64,000 nt of DNA, from NCBI GenBank assembly GCA_965116305.1, contig OZ220673.1, positions 547,362 through 611,361 on the forward strand. The letters are read 5' to 3'. This stretch comes from Dehalococcoidia bacterium. Lineage in GTDB: Bacteria > Chloroflexota > Dehalococcoidia > Lucifugimonadales > Australimonadaceae. Position 1 is the first letter of the stretch. Each line of letters begins with the position of its first letter. Position numbers and translations under genes: made by a program. Under the pieces are notes generated by a model. That model ran no database searches. It was not told where the DNA came from and was given only the letters and a program-made list of their open reading frames with translations. This document shows positions 9,272 to 16,751 of the stretch, piece after piece.

Positions 9272-9316
9272 TGTCCATTATGGACACATTATGCGACTGG
9301 TCACTTAATATGTCCA
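9272..9316. promoter_or_regulatory. putative toxin-antitoxin operator: TGTCCA-tta-TGGACA palindrome plus a third TGTCCA
   Basis: The perfect palindrome at 9272-9286 and another TGTCCA at 9311-9316 lie 48-92 nt upstream of the antitoxin start. Confidence 0.35.
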
Positions 9317-9351
9317 TATCGCAACGGCTGGAGGGTCAGTGGGCGCTTGGC

Positions 9352-9710
9352 GCATTGTCATTCCGAGCGGAGCCGTCGACGCAGTCGGTGGCGCAGCCGG
9401 AATCTCTCGGGTGTCCTCCGCTCATGGTGAGCCTGTCGAACCACCCCGCGCTCCAGCGCGCAACCCCCGCCCCGGTCGTAGGGGCGGTTCGCGAACTGCC
9501 CTCGCCCCCGTCATTCCCGCGAAGGCGGGAATCCAGCGTGCCCGACCGGGCACACGTGCGCCGGGCAGCGCACGCGTCGGGGCAGGGGGTGGAGCTTGAT
9601 CCCCTCTCCCTCGAGGGGAGAGGTCGACGCGCTTCAGCGCGCGGTGAGAGGTGAACCGGGGCGGTGGACGGGTGTCTGGTGTAGGGGCGTCCCTTGTGGG
9701 CGCCCTCGCC
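9352..9710. repeat. large mosaic cluster of at least five different REP-like units
   Basis: In order: type D (gtcattccgagcgg...gaatctctcgg), type A (cgctcatggtgagcctgtcgaacc), ggggcggttcgcgaac, type B (gtcattcccgcgaaggcgggaatccag), type C (cccctctccctcgaggggagagg...gcggtgagaggtgaa) and gtaggggcgtcccttgtgggcgccc. Confidence 0.8.
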
Positions 9711-9735
9711 CCGTGCTTCGGACAGGTGAGAAGCG

Positions 9736-10995
9736 TCACTGAGAGAGCGGCGAAACAACCTCAAGTGAGACTCTGACCAAGAACTCCCCACTTGCGACGC
9801 CGCTTACACTCGTAGACGTAGCGGTCCATCTCGCCGTAACGGTCTTACCAGCAAGCGCGGCATCCGAGACCAAATGTACTGGACCGAGACGCACTCTCCC
9901 CCTCGGTCGAAGGTCGACGTCATCGAATTCGATGTGAGTTGGTTCAGAGTTATCGATGTATGGCCCGCTCGTTGGGCCAATCCGGCCAATGGCCGAGGGG
10001 TCAAGAAGCACTCCCAAGCCCCACTTACTGGGAGGCGTAGGCATCATTGACCGCGCGTCTTGTTCACGTCGGTACGCCCACACTTCTCCATCGATGGTTA
10101 CCTCGACACGAGCGGCTACAAAGTTGTGCTCCGTTTCGTTACTGAGCACAAGCTGCATGCCTGGCACTCGGTTGGCCAGCGCCCTGGCATGGGCCTCGTA
10201 GCGAAGAAGGGAAGCGGCCTTCTTGATGTAAGCCACTACTTCATCTCGGTATGCGCCAGGCCTCCTATACTCCCTGTCTAGCAGTCCCGAGAATACATGC
10301 TGTGGCTGCTTCTCCAGTGGCCCTAGGAGGACACTTGATTGTTGCGCGCACCAAGCCGTCACTTCATCAGAACTACATGCAACCGGCACTGCCGCCACGG
10401 GAGTAAGGGGCTCAACAGTCATGCCACTAGCTTCCTCCGCGTCCGCAGCGAAGCGCTCGACAAGCATGTCATAGTCATCCTGCTCCGCCAACTCCGTACG
10501 ACCATGGCGACGCAGGAAAACGTCACCCTTGCGAAATGTAAAGGCGCCACGCTCAGACGATGTGTAGGCCGTGAGCATCGCGGCGATCCGGCTGCCACGC
10601 TCAGGAGGCTCAACAGTGATGACTAGTATCTGTTTACCCTTGTGACCAACGTACTGGGGGCTCCATCGCGTTCGTACAAACCGTGAGATGCCCGCATCCA
10701 GGATGGCATTGTCGATGGGACTGACGCCACTTACATTTCCCGGTTCTACACCGATGACCAAGTAGGCACATCCGCCAGCGTTCTGATTGGCGACAGCGGG
10801 CTCGCGGTTGGCAAAACCCGCTATGAACTTGGCGAGTTGCGCATGCCAGCGTCGTTCAGTGAGGTCTGCCTCTCGTTTCCACTCAAGCCAATCAGGTTCC
10901 GATTCAGTTGCGGGTGCTGCAGATATCGCTTGAACAAGTTCGCCCAGTTCTCCAATGGAACGGAGCTGTCGTGAGGTGTCAATCGCGAGGGCCAT
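9736..10995 (-). CDS. AlbA_2/Schlafen-like (divergent AAA_4) DNA-binding domain protein with an uncharacterised beta-rich C-terminal domain
   Basis: N-terminus ...DWLEWKREADL...LAKFIAGFANREP...GGCAYLVIGVEPGNVSGVSP matches the AlbA_2 pattern (E-x-K ... A-F-A-N ... GG-x-hhh-GV). I recognise no family for the C-terminal about 230 aa. Start at Met-13 of the track ORF. Confidence 0.6.
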   Translation of the reverse strand: MALAIDTSRQLRSIGELGELVQAISAAPATESEPDWLEWKREADLTERRWHAQLAKFIAGFANREPAVANQNAGGCAYLVIGVEPGNVSGVSPIDNAILDAGISRFVRTRWSPQYVGHKGKQILVITVEPPERGSRIAAMLTAYTSSERGAFTFRKGDVFLRRHGRTELAEQDDYDMLVERFAADAEEASGMTVEPLTPVAAVPVACSSDEVTAWCAQQSSVLLGPLEKQPQHVFSGLLDREYRRPGAYRDEVVAYIKKAASLLRYEAHARALANRVPGMQLVLSNETEHNFVAARVEVTIDGEVWAYRREQDARSMMPTPPSKWGLGVLLDPSAIGRIGPTSGPYIDNSEPTHIEFDDVDLRPRGRVRLGPVHLVSDAALAGKTVTARWTATSTSVSGVASGEFLVRVSLEVVSPLSQ

Positions 10996-11140
10996 GGCCA
11001 CATGGTAAGGGAGAGCACCGAACCATACCAAGAGATATACCTGAGGCTTGACGCCTCCTCGTGCCCATCCTCCTCACCCACGTCGAATCTGTGACACGTG
11101 CCCGTTGCGCCCTCAACGCACCCCTTCCTACCATGGGTGC

Positions 11141-12721
11141 ATGACTACGCAACCCGCACCCGCACCCGACAACTTCATATCGCCGGACCTGCTCTCCCCT
11201 TGGGACGTCGCCTACCTCAACCGGCTCGACCGCGCCCTCCGCTGCGGCGTCCCCGGCTGCGAATGCGCAACCGGCTCCACGCTCCACTGTCCCTCCCATC
11301 GCCACGCTGAAGCCCCCACGCTCACCGTCGTCTGGGACGAGCGACGCGACCGTATCGACTTCCACTGCCCCTCGTGCATGCCCCACCGCATCTACGATGC
11401 GCTCGCAAAGCGCGGACTCTCCCCCGCAGCCGATTTCTACACGTCCGGGGGCGCGCAGGGAGCCGGGCTCCAACCCTTCCGGTTCCTCATCCAGCAACCC
11501 CCTGACTGGCTCTGGCCCAACCGCATCCCCCTCGGCAAGCTCACCCTCATCGCCGGGTACCCATCGTCCGGCAAGACCTCCATCGCCCTCGACGTCGCCG
11601 CCCGCGTCTCGCGCGGCGCGTCCGCTCCCGACCAGCCGGACTCCCCATTTCCCTCCACTCCCGTCGTCCTCGCCCTCCTCGACGACAACCCGAAGTCCGA
11701 CGTCCTCCCCATCCTCAGGCTCTTCGGCGCCGACCTGGACCGCATCTACCTCGCCGACCTCCTTTCGCCTACGCACCCCGCCGACTACTACCCCGACGAC
11801 CCGCCCAACGACGATGACGATGAAGAAGTCAACCACGACTGGGGTGCGAAGGACTGGGACGACGATGAGGAGGAGGACGAGTACGAATACGTATTCGACA
11901 ACGACGGTAATGAGCGACGCATTCGCCGCCCCAGGCCCATTGGTTTGAGAGCCCCCGTGCGGGACCCGTTCTGGCCGCCCCCGGACTCAGGCTCGAAGCT
12001 CACCGCTCCCTGGCCCGGCTTGGACAAGACCATGGGGCGACTCGCCAACTACGTCGCTGAAGGAAAGGCTGCGCTCCTCGTCGTCGATCAGGTCGAAGAC
12101 CTCGCCGCCATGCACCGCGCCCGCCTCTCGACCGTCCTCGGCATGCTCAAGGCTCTCGCCGCCCGCACCGGCGCAGCCGTGATCGCCCTCGCCCACAACC
12201 CCGCGAGGGACTACCCCCGCGCCGTCACCGCCATGCAGAACCGGCTCGCGCTCGCCTCCGTCGTCTTCACCACCGCCGTCGTCGGACCCGGCGACCGCCG
12301 CTTCCTCGTCCCCCTACGCCCCGCCATGAGCGACGACGCCCCCGCCATCCCCTTCGTCCTGCCGCCCGCTGACGCCTTCACCATCGCGTGGCGCAAACCC
12401 GTCTTCCCCGCGCACCTCGAGGCCCTCGCCCAACCCCGCCCCAACGACGGCGCGAAGACCCGCGCCGCGCAGTCTCTCCTCATGCGAGTTCTCGGCAACG
12501 GCCCCCGCCCCGCCGCCGACGTCGAGCGGGAGGCTGTTCTGATCGGCCTCTCGAAGTCCACGCTCGTCCGGGCTCGCGCGCTCTGCAACGTCAAGGCCTT
12601 CCGCGTCGGCATACCGGGGACCCACAGCGGTGCCGGCGCATGGTACTGGTCTCTTCCATCAGGAGACACTTTGCAACAGGATGAAACACCCACCGCGCCG
12701 GCAGAACTTGTGAACGGATGA
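11141..12721 (+). CDS. AAA_25/RepA-DnaB-like ATPase with N-terminal primase-type zinc-binding motif (mobile-element replication protein)
   Basis: HCPSHRH..PTLTVVWDERRDRIDFHCPSC...IYDALAKRGL is a Zn-finger pattern common in element primase/helicases. Walker A is GYPSSGKTS. An acidic low-complexity insert DDPPNDDDDEEVNHDWGAKDWDDDEEEDEYEY is present. Start at Met-32 of the track ORF. Confidence 0.7.
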   Translation: MTTQPAPAPDNFISPDLLSPWDVAYLNRLDRALRCGVPGCECATGSTLHCPSHRHAEAPTLTVVWDERRDRIDFHCPSCMPHRIYDALAKRGLSPAADFYTSGGAQGAGLQPFRFLIQQPPDWLWPNRIPLGKLTLIAGYPSSGKTSIALDVAARVSRGASAPDQPDSPFPSTPVVLALLDDNPKSDVLPILRLFGADLDRIYLADLLSPTHPADYYPDDPPNDDDDEEVNHDWGAKDWDDDEEEDEYEYVFDNDGNERRIRRPRPIGLRAPVRDPFWPPPDSGSKLTAPWPGLDKTMGRLANYVAEGKAALLVVDQVEDLAAMHRARLSTVLGMLKALAARTGAAVIALAHNPARDYPRAVTAMQNRLALASVVFTTAVVGPGDRRFLVPLRPAMSDDAPAIPFVLPPADAFTIAWRKPVFPAHLEALAQPRPNDGAKTRAAQSLLMRVLGNGPRPAADVEREAVLIGLSKSTLVRARALCNVKAFRVGIPGTHSGAGAWYWSLPSGDTLQQDETPTAPAELVNG

Positions 12722-12831
12722 GATTGTTATTCCCTTAATGCCGGGAAGCAGGCCGTGGCCTTGAAAATACCCCTCGAAGGGTGGTTAAGAATGTCAAAAC
12801 AGACCCGCGCTCCACTCCTGGAAAACCGGTT

Positions 12832-12865
12832 AAGGATGTCAACGGCGCCCCCCGTTGACATCCTT
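12832..12865. terminator. perfect 14-bp-stem hairpin between convergent genes (likely orn terminator or bidirectional)
   Basis: aaggatgtcaacgg-cgcccc-ccgttgacatcctt. On the minus strand it is followed by aaccggTTTTcc. It lies 10 nt past the orn stop. Confidence 0.6.
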
Positions 12866-12874
12866 GGCTCCGGC

Positions 12875-13414
12875 CTACTCCACGAAGACGTGCTCGCGGT
12901 AGTAGCGCAGTTCCTCGATGCTCTCGCGGATGTCGTCGAGGGCGAGGTGGGCGCGGCGCTTCCGGTGGGGCGGCAGGCCCGGGTACCAGCGCTTCACGAG
13001 CTCCTTGATGGTGCTCACGTCCACGATGCGGTAGTTCAGGTACGCCTCCAGCGCGGGCATCTCCGCCCGCAGGAAGAGCCGGTCCTGGTGCACCGAGTTG
13101 CCGCAGAGCGGCGCCTTCTTCTCGCGCACCCACTCCCGCACGAAGTCGAGCGTGAGCTTCTCCGCTTCCTCGACGCCAATAGCGGACGCCTGCACCCGCT
13201 CCAGCAGACCGGACTCCGTGTGCGTGCGCAGGCTCCAGTCGTCGATGCGGGCCATCTCGTCGTCGGTGCGCGCGACGGCGATCACCGGCCCCTCCGCCAG
13301 CACCTCCAGGTCCGCGTCGGTGATGAGCGTCGCTATCTCCAGCGTCACGTGCCGGTCCGGGTCAAGCCCGGTCATCTCCATGTCTATCCAGACGAGCCTT
13401 CCCGAGTCAGCCAT
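12875..13414 (-). CDS. orn: oligoribonuclease
   Basis: [12 protein letters not shown] (DEDDh exo motif I), GNSVHQDR and [18 protein letters not shown]. Start at the internal Met ([11 protein letters not shown]) of track ORF 12875-13450. Confidence 0.92.
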   Translation of the reverse strand: MADSGRLVWIDMEMTGLDPDRHVTLEIATLITDADLEVLAEGPVIAVARTDDEMARIDDWSLRTHTESGLLERVQASAIGVEEAEKLTLDFVREWVREKKAPLCGNSVHQDRLFLRAEMPALEAYLNYRIVDVSTIKELVKRWYPGLPPHRKRRAHLALDDIRESIEELRYYREHVFVE

Positions 13415-14147
13415 GCGACGCCTTTCGCGCTTCCTGCGCAGAGAGTTCACGAACGCTGCCGGACGGCAGCCTGCCGAGCCGCAGCCCGCCGACCCGCACG
13501 CGCGTCAGTCGGAGCACGCGCCGCCCGACCGCGCGCATCATCAACCGCACCTCCCGCTTCTTCCCCTCCGCCAGCTCAACGGCGTACCGCGCCTCGCCCC
13601 TGCGTACAGGTTCAACCGACAGCGCCCGCGCAAGACCGCCCTCGATCTCGACGCCGTCCAGCAGGCGCGCCTGGTCGCGCGGCCAGAGCGGCCTGTCCAG
13701 CAGGACGTCGTACTCTTTCACGACGCCGTAGCGCGGATGCGTGACGCGCTCCACGAACGCGCCGTCGTTCGACAGCAGCAGGAGGCCGGTGCTGTCGGCG
13801 TCGAGCCGCCCGACCGGCACGAGCCCGGCGACGCGCAGCGCATCCGGCACGAGGTCGAGCACGGTGGGGCGTCCACGCGAGTCGCTCACGGCGCAGAGGT
13901 AGCCCCGGGGCTTGTTGAGGAGCAGGTAGACGGTGCGCTTCTCCGCCTGCGCGAGCGGCTGCCCGTTCACGGAGACGGCGTCGGACGCGCTCACGGGGTG
14001 GTTCAGGTTCGTCGCGGGCTGTCCGTTCACGGAGACCGCACCCTCGATGATGAGCGCGGCGGCCCTGCGGCGCGACCCCGCTCCTCCGGCTACGAGTCGC
14101 TTCACCAGCGGCATGGACGGAGCGCGGGATGGGGGACTGCTGACCAT
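13407..14147 (-). CDS. RsuA/RluB-family pseudouridine synthase
   Basis: S4-like N-terminus ([31 protein letters not shown]), catalytic motif [17 protein letters not shown], and KEY...[11 protein letters not shown]. Only the C-terminal 246 aa of the 720-aa track ORF are credible. An alternative start lies at 14114. Confidence 0.88.
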   Translation of the reverse strand: MVSSPPSRAPSMPLVKRLVAGGAGSRRRAAALIIEGAVSVNGQPATNLNHPVSASDAVSVNGQPLAQAEKRTVYLLLNKPRGYLCAVSDSRGRPTVLDLVPDALRVAGLVPVGRLDADSTGLLLLSNDGAFVERVTHPRYGVVKEYDVLLDRPLWPRDQARLLDGVEIEGGLARALSVEPVRRGEARYAVELAEGKKREVRLMMRAVGRRVLRLTRVRVGGLRLGRLPSGSVRELSAQEARKASHG

Positions 14148-14177
14148 GGCCTGAGGGTAGCACAGGGAGGGGGCGGC

Positions 14178-14186
14178 TGGTAGAAT
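14178..14186 (+). promoter_or_regulatory. extended -10 promoter element TGgTAGAAT
   Basis: Lies 37 nt upstream of the ATG at 14223, with GGAGGAGG between. The same TGnTAGAAT element occurs at 16711 and 30798. Confidence 0.4.
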
Positions 14187-14222
14187 CGCGCCTCCGGGAG
14201 GAGGCAGGGACGAGGGAATTCC

Positions 14223-15002
14223 ATGGGTAAACTCACAGACAAACTCGAACGCGCCGAGAAGGGCGCAGGCCAGCCGCTGGGGTTCGGCGGCGGCGCGAAG
14301 CGCGAGTCCATCGCGCCCCTGCTGCTGCTGGGGGCGGTCGCCGCGGGCGACGCAGCGCAGGCCGGGGTCGTGACGGCGTCGGAGATCGACGGCGCGCTGA
14401 TCGCCGGCGTGGGGAGCGCCAAGAAGACGGCCATGACCGCATCGACCAAGGCGCTCGGCAAGACGCTCTTCGGCGTGTGGACGGACGAAGGGCAGGCCGA
14501 GGAGGCCGGCGGGGCCGACTTCCAGGTGTTCTCGTCCGACGCGACGCCTGCGGGCGCGCTTTCCGGCGAGGGGCGCACGCTCGTCATGCAGGTGCAGCCG
14601 GAACTGCCGGACAGCCTGCTGCGCACGATCGACCAGTTGCCGGTGGACGGCTTCCTCGTCTCGCTGGACGCGCCGCTCACCGTGGCGCAGCTCATGCGGC
14701 TGGCCCGCGTGCGGGGAGCGACGTCGAAGCGGCTCTTCGTGCACCTGGGCGCTCTGCCCGCGAAAGCGGACGCCGAGCAGCTGCGCGACGCCGGAGCGGC
14801 GGCGCTCGTCGTGGACACGGCGGGACAGACCGCCGACGCCTTCCGCGAGACGCTCGCGATGCTGCGCGAACTGCCGCGCAAGTCGCCCCGGCAGCGCGAC
14901 GGCGAGCGCTCCGGCGCAACCGTCCCGCAGCCGTCGTTCGGCGCCGCCCGCTCGGCGCCCCCGCCTCCGCCCGACGACGATGACGACTGGGACGACGACT
15001 AG
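14223..15002 (+). CDS. hypothetical protein with Pro/Asp-rich acidic C-terminal tail
   Basis: 259 aa with GC3-rich codon usage and good SD and promoter context. It ends ...APPPPPDDDDDWDDD. I recognise no family. Confidence 0.6.
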   Translation: MGKLTDKLERAEKGAGQPLGFGGGAKRESIAPLLLLGAVAAGDAAQAGVVTASEIDGALIAGVGSAKKTAMTASTKALGKTLFGVWTDEGQAEEAGGADFQVFSSDATPAGALSGEGRTLVMQVQPELPDSLLRTIDQLPVDGFLVSLDAPLTVAQLMRLARVRGATSKRLFVHLGALPAKADAEQLRDAGAAALVVDTAGQTADAFRETLAMLRELPRKSPRQRDGERSGATVPQPSFGAARSAPPPPPDDDDDWDDD

Positions 15003-15008
15003 GGCGCG

Positions 15009-15695
15009 ATGCTGCTGGCGGGGATCACCGGCCTCTTCGACGATCCGTTCCGAGCGCTCGTGTGGTTCGTCGCCATCGCGGTCTCGCTGCTCATCGCCAT
15101 CACGTTCCACGAGGCGTCGCACGCCGTCACCGCGTTGCGGCTCGGCGACGACACGGCGTCCCGGCTCGGGCGGGTGACGCTCAACCCGAAACGGCACCTC
15201 GATCCGGCGGGCACAGTCATGCTGCTCATCGTGGGGTTCGGCTGGGGCAAGCCGGTGCCGGTGAACCCGTCCCGGCTGCGGACCGGCAGGACGGGCATGG
15301 CGATGGTCTCCGCCGCCGGCCCGATGGCGAACGTCGCCCTTGCCATTGCGTTCGCGCTGCTCTTCCGCATCGGCGTGCTCGACGGCAGCATCACGCGCGA
15401 CGAGCTGCAGTCGCTCTCCCCGATGGCATGGGCGAGCATCATCGCGTGGTACGGCGTCGCGCTGAACCTGCTGCTGGCGGTGTTCAACCTGCTGCCGCTC
15501 CCGCCGCTCGACGGCGGCGGCATCATCCAGGGCATCGCGCCCCGGAGCTGGTGGCCGGCGGTCATCCAACTGCAGCGCTTCGGGCCGATCGTGCTCATAG
15601 GGCTCGTCGCGCTGACGTTCGCAACGGACATCAACCCGCTGGGGTACGTCTTCCGCCCGGTCTATGCGATCGCGGATGCGCTCAGGGGCGTGTGA
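15009..15695 (+). CDS. site-2 protease family (peptidase M50) membrane metalloprotease
   Basis: HEASHA (HExxH) in a TM helix and NLLPLPPLDGG (NxxPxxxLDG). 228 aa. Confidence 0.9.
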   Translation: MLLAGITGLFDDPFRALVWFVAIAVSLLIAITFHEASHAVTALRLGDDTASRLGRVTLNPKRHLDPAGTVMLLIVGFGWGKPVPVNPSRLRTGRTGMAMVSAAGPMANVALAIAFALLFRIGVLDGSITRDELQSLSPMAWASIIAWYGVALNLLLAVFNLLPLPPLDGGGIIQGIAPRSWWPAVIQLQRFGPIVLIGLVALTFATDINPLGYVFRPVYAIADALRGV

Positions 15696-15704
15696 GGGCG
15701 GGGT

Positions 15705-16043
15705 TCACTCCCAGGGCAGCGACATCGTCCCGTAGACCTCTATCTCACAGCCGGGAGTGTCGAGGTGCGGATGGTCCGCGACCAGCGCCTGCGCGGCTTC
15801 CAGGTCCTCCGCTTGGAGCACGGAGTAGGTCACCACTCCCATCTCGTTCGCGGAGCTGCCCGACGCGGTCATCCTCCCGCCGGGGCTCAGCGGGGACATC
15901 TCGACCAGAGCGTCGCCGCAGCGGTCGGCCCACGCCTTCCATGCCGCCATGACGGCCTGCATATCCGGCTTGGAGTCCATCATCGCCTGCATGGCGTCCG
16001 CCGACGCGTGATAGAGCACGAGATACTTCTGCACTGGGTGCAC
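15705..16043 (-). CDS. hypothetical protein (small soluble, possibly dimeric alpha/beta-barrel-like)
   Basis: 112 aa with coding-like composition. No family confidently recognised. Confidence 0.5.
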   Translation of the reverse strand: MHPVQKYLVLYHASADAMQAMMDSKPDMQAVMAAWKAWADRCGDALVEMSPLSPGGRMTASGSSANEMGVVTYSVLQAEDLEAAQALVADHPHLDTPGCEIEVYGTMSLPWE

Positions 16044-16133
16044 CTCCTAGGATCGCCCCGGCGTTCGGGGCTGCGACAGGATAGGTGTCGGATGGGGGAT
16101 GCGGCAACGGCGGGTGTCGCAGACGTCCGGTGG

Positions 16134-16298
16134 TCAGCGCGCGGACTTGGCCGACTGGAGCTCGTCCAGCATCATCCGTTTCATGGACTCGGCGATACGG
16201 GCGAGTTCATTCGTGGTAAGTTTCGGGCCCATGAGCTCGCGCTCGTACGCAGCGATGACGTTGATCAGAGTGCGGTCGTTCGGTGTGGTAAGCGCCAT
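16134..16298 (-). CDS. small hypothetical protein (54 aa)
   Basis: MALTTPNDRTLINVIAAYERELMGPKLTTNELARIAESMKRMMLDELQSAKSAR is the C-terminal part of track ORF 16134-16688; the rest of that ORF is antisense to the DUF952 gene. Confidence 0.35.
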   Translation of the reverse strand: MALTTPNDRTLINVIAAYERELMGPKLTTNELARIAESMKRMMLDELQSAKSAR

Positions 16299-16328
16299 GA
16301 CGGAACCTCGGAACGGAGACTGCCGGAG

Positions 16329-16676
16329 ATGATAGCGCAAGGCCACATCCTGCACGTGACGACGCCGGAGGCATGGCGTCGCACATCGGACACGCCGTTC
16401 TACGAGGCGGAGTCGCTGGGCTCGGAAGGGTTCATCCACAACTGCCGTCCGGATCAGCTGCGTGGCGTGCTTGGCAGGCATTTCGCCGGCCACCGGGCGC
16501 TCGTGCTGCTGGTGATAGACCCGGTGCTGCTCACGTCGGAGGTGCGGGAGGAGGAGTCGCACGGCGAGACGTTCCCTCACGTCTACGGCCCGATCGAGCG
16601 CGCGGCGGTCGTCAGTGTGCTCCCGATCGAGACCGACAGCACTGGCCGGTTCACGCTGCCGGACGGCATCGAGTAG
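16329..16676 (+). CDS. DUF952 domain protein
   Basis: 115 aa: ILHVTTPEAWRR...YEAESLGSEGFIHNCRPDQL..V..HF......LVLLVID...L...V..E......FPHVYGPI, the classic DUF952 pattern. Start by amino-acid counting in track ORF 15765-16676. Confidence 0.85.
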   Translation: MIAQGHILHVTTPEAWRRTSDTPFYEAESLGSEGFIHNCRPDQLRGVLGRHFAGHRALVLLVIDPVLLTSEVREEESHGETFPHVYGPIERAAVVSVLPIETDSTGRFTLPDGIE

Positions 16677-16710
16677 GCGCCTATGCATTCGCGGGGCGGC
16701 TGCCTGGCGA

Positions 16711-16719
16711 TGCTAGAAT
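16711..16719 (+). promoter_or_regulatory. extended -10 promoter element TGcTAGAAT
   Basis: Lies 33 nt upstream of the aroA ATG (16752). Confidence 0.4.
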
Positions 16720-16751
16720 AGCCCCACCTTCCGGCGCAGGAGCGAGTCCCT

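Larger units (their letters stand above)
9736..12721. mobile_element. putative remnant of an integrative element or genomic island (no integrase in the window)
   Basis: A divergent gene pair atypical for the neighbourhood. G+C is lower in 9.8-11.0 kb (my hand counts of sample 60-nt lines give about 55-60% versus about 70% in flanks). It has a replication-type AAA_25 ATPase and is bordered by a REP cluster on the left and a strong hairpin on the right. Confidence 0.4.

Noticed and set aside
7927-9710. Possible CRISPR array in the repeat clusters
   Set aside because: The units belong to several different families, are themselves palindromic, and are directly abutted without constant-length unique spacers. 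No cas genes are present. They are better explained as REP/BIME-like mosaics.
9336-9791. ORFs of 86-174 aa on both strands within the 9.3-9.8 kb repeat cluster
   Set aside because: They are translations of palindromic repeats (…VIPAKAGIQ…, …PLSLEGRG…) and overlap each other on both strands.
12783-12842. 15-nt direct repeat GGTTAAG(A/G)ATGTCAA as an att site of island 1
   Set aside because: Both copies lie on the same (right) side of the island, 45 nt apart. The second is simply the left arm of the terminator hairpin, and no copy was found at the left border.
12755-14183. 329-aa and 361-aa plus-strand ORFs
   Set aside because: They are antisense to orn and the pseudouridine synthase, both of which have catalytic motifs.
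14148-15569. N-terminal about 470 aa of the 720-aa minus-strand ORF 13407-15569
   Set aside because: This part is antisense to the 14223-15002 gene and the M50 protease. Only the C-terminal 246 aa show pseudouridine synthase motifs.
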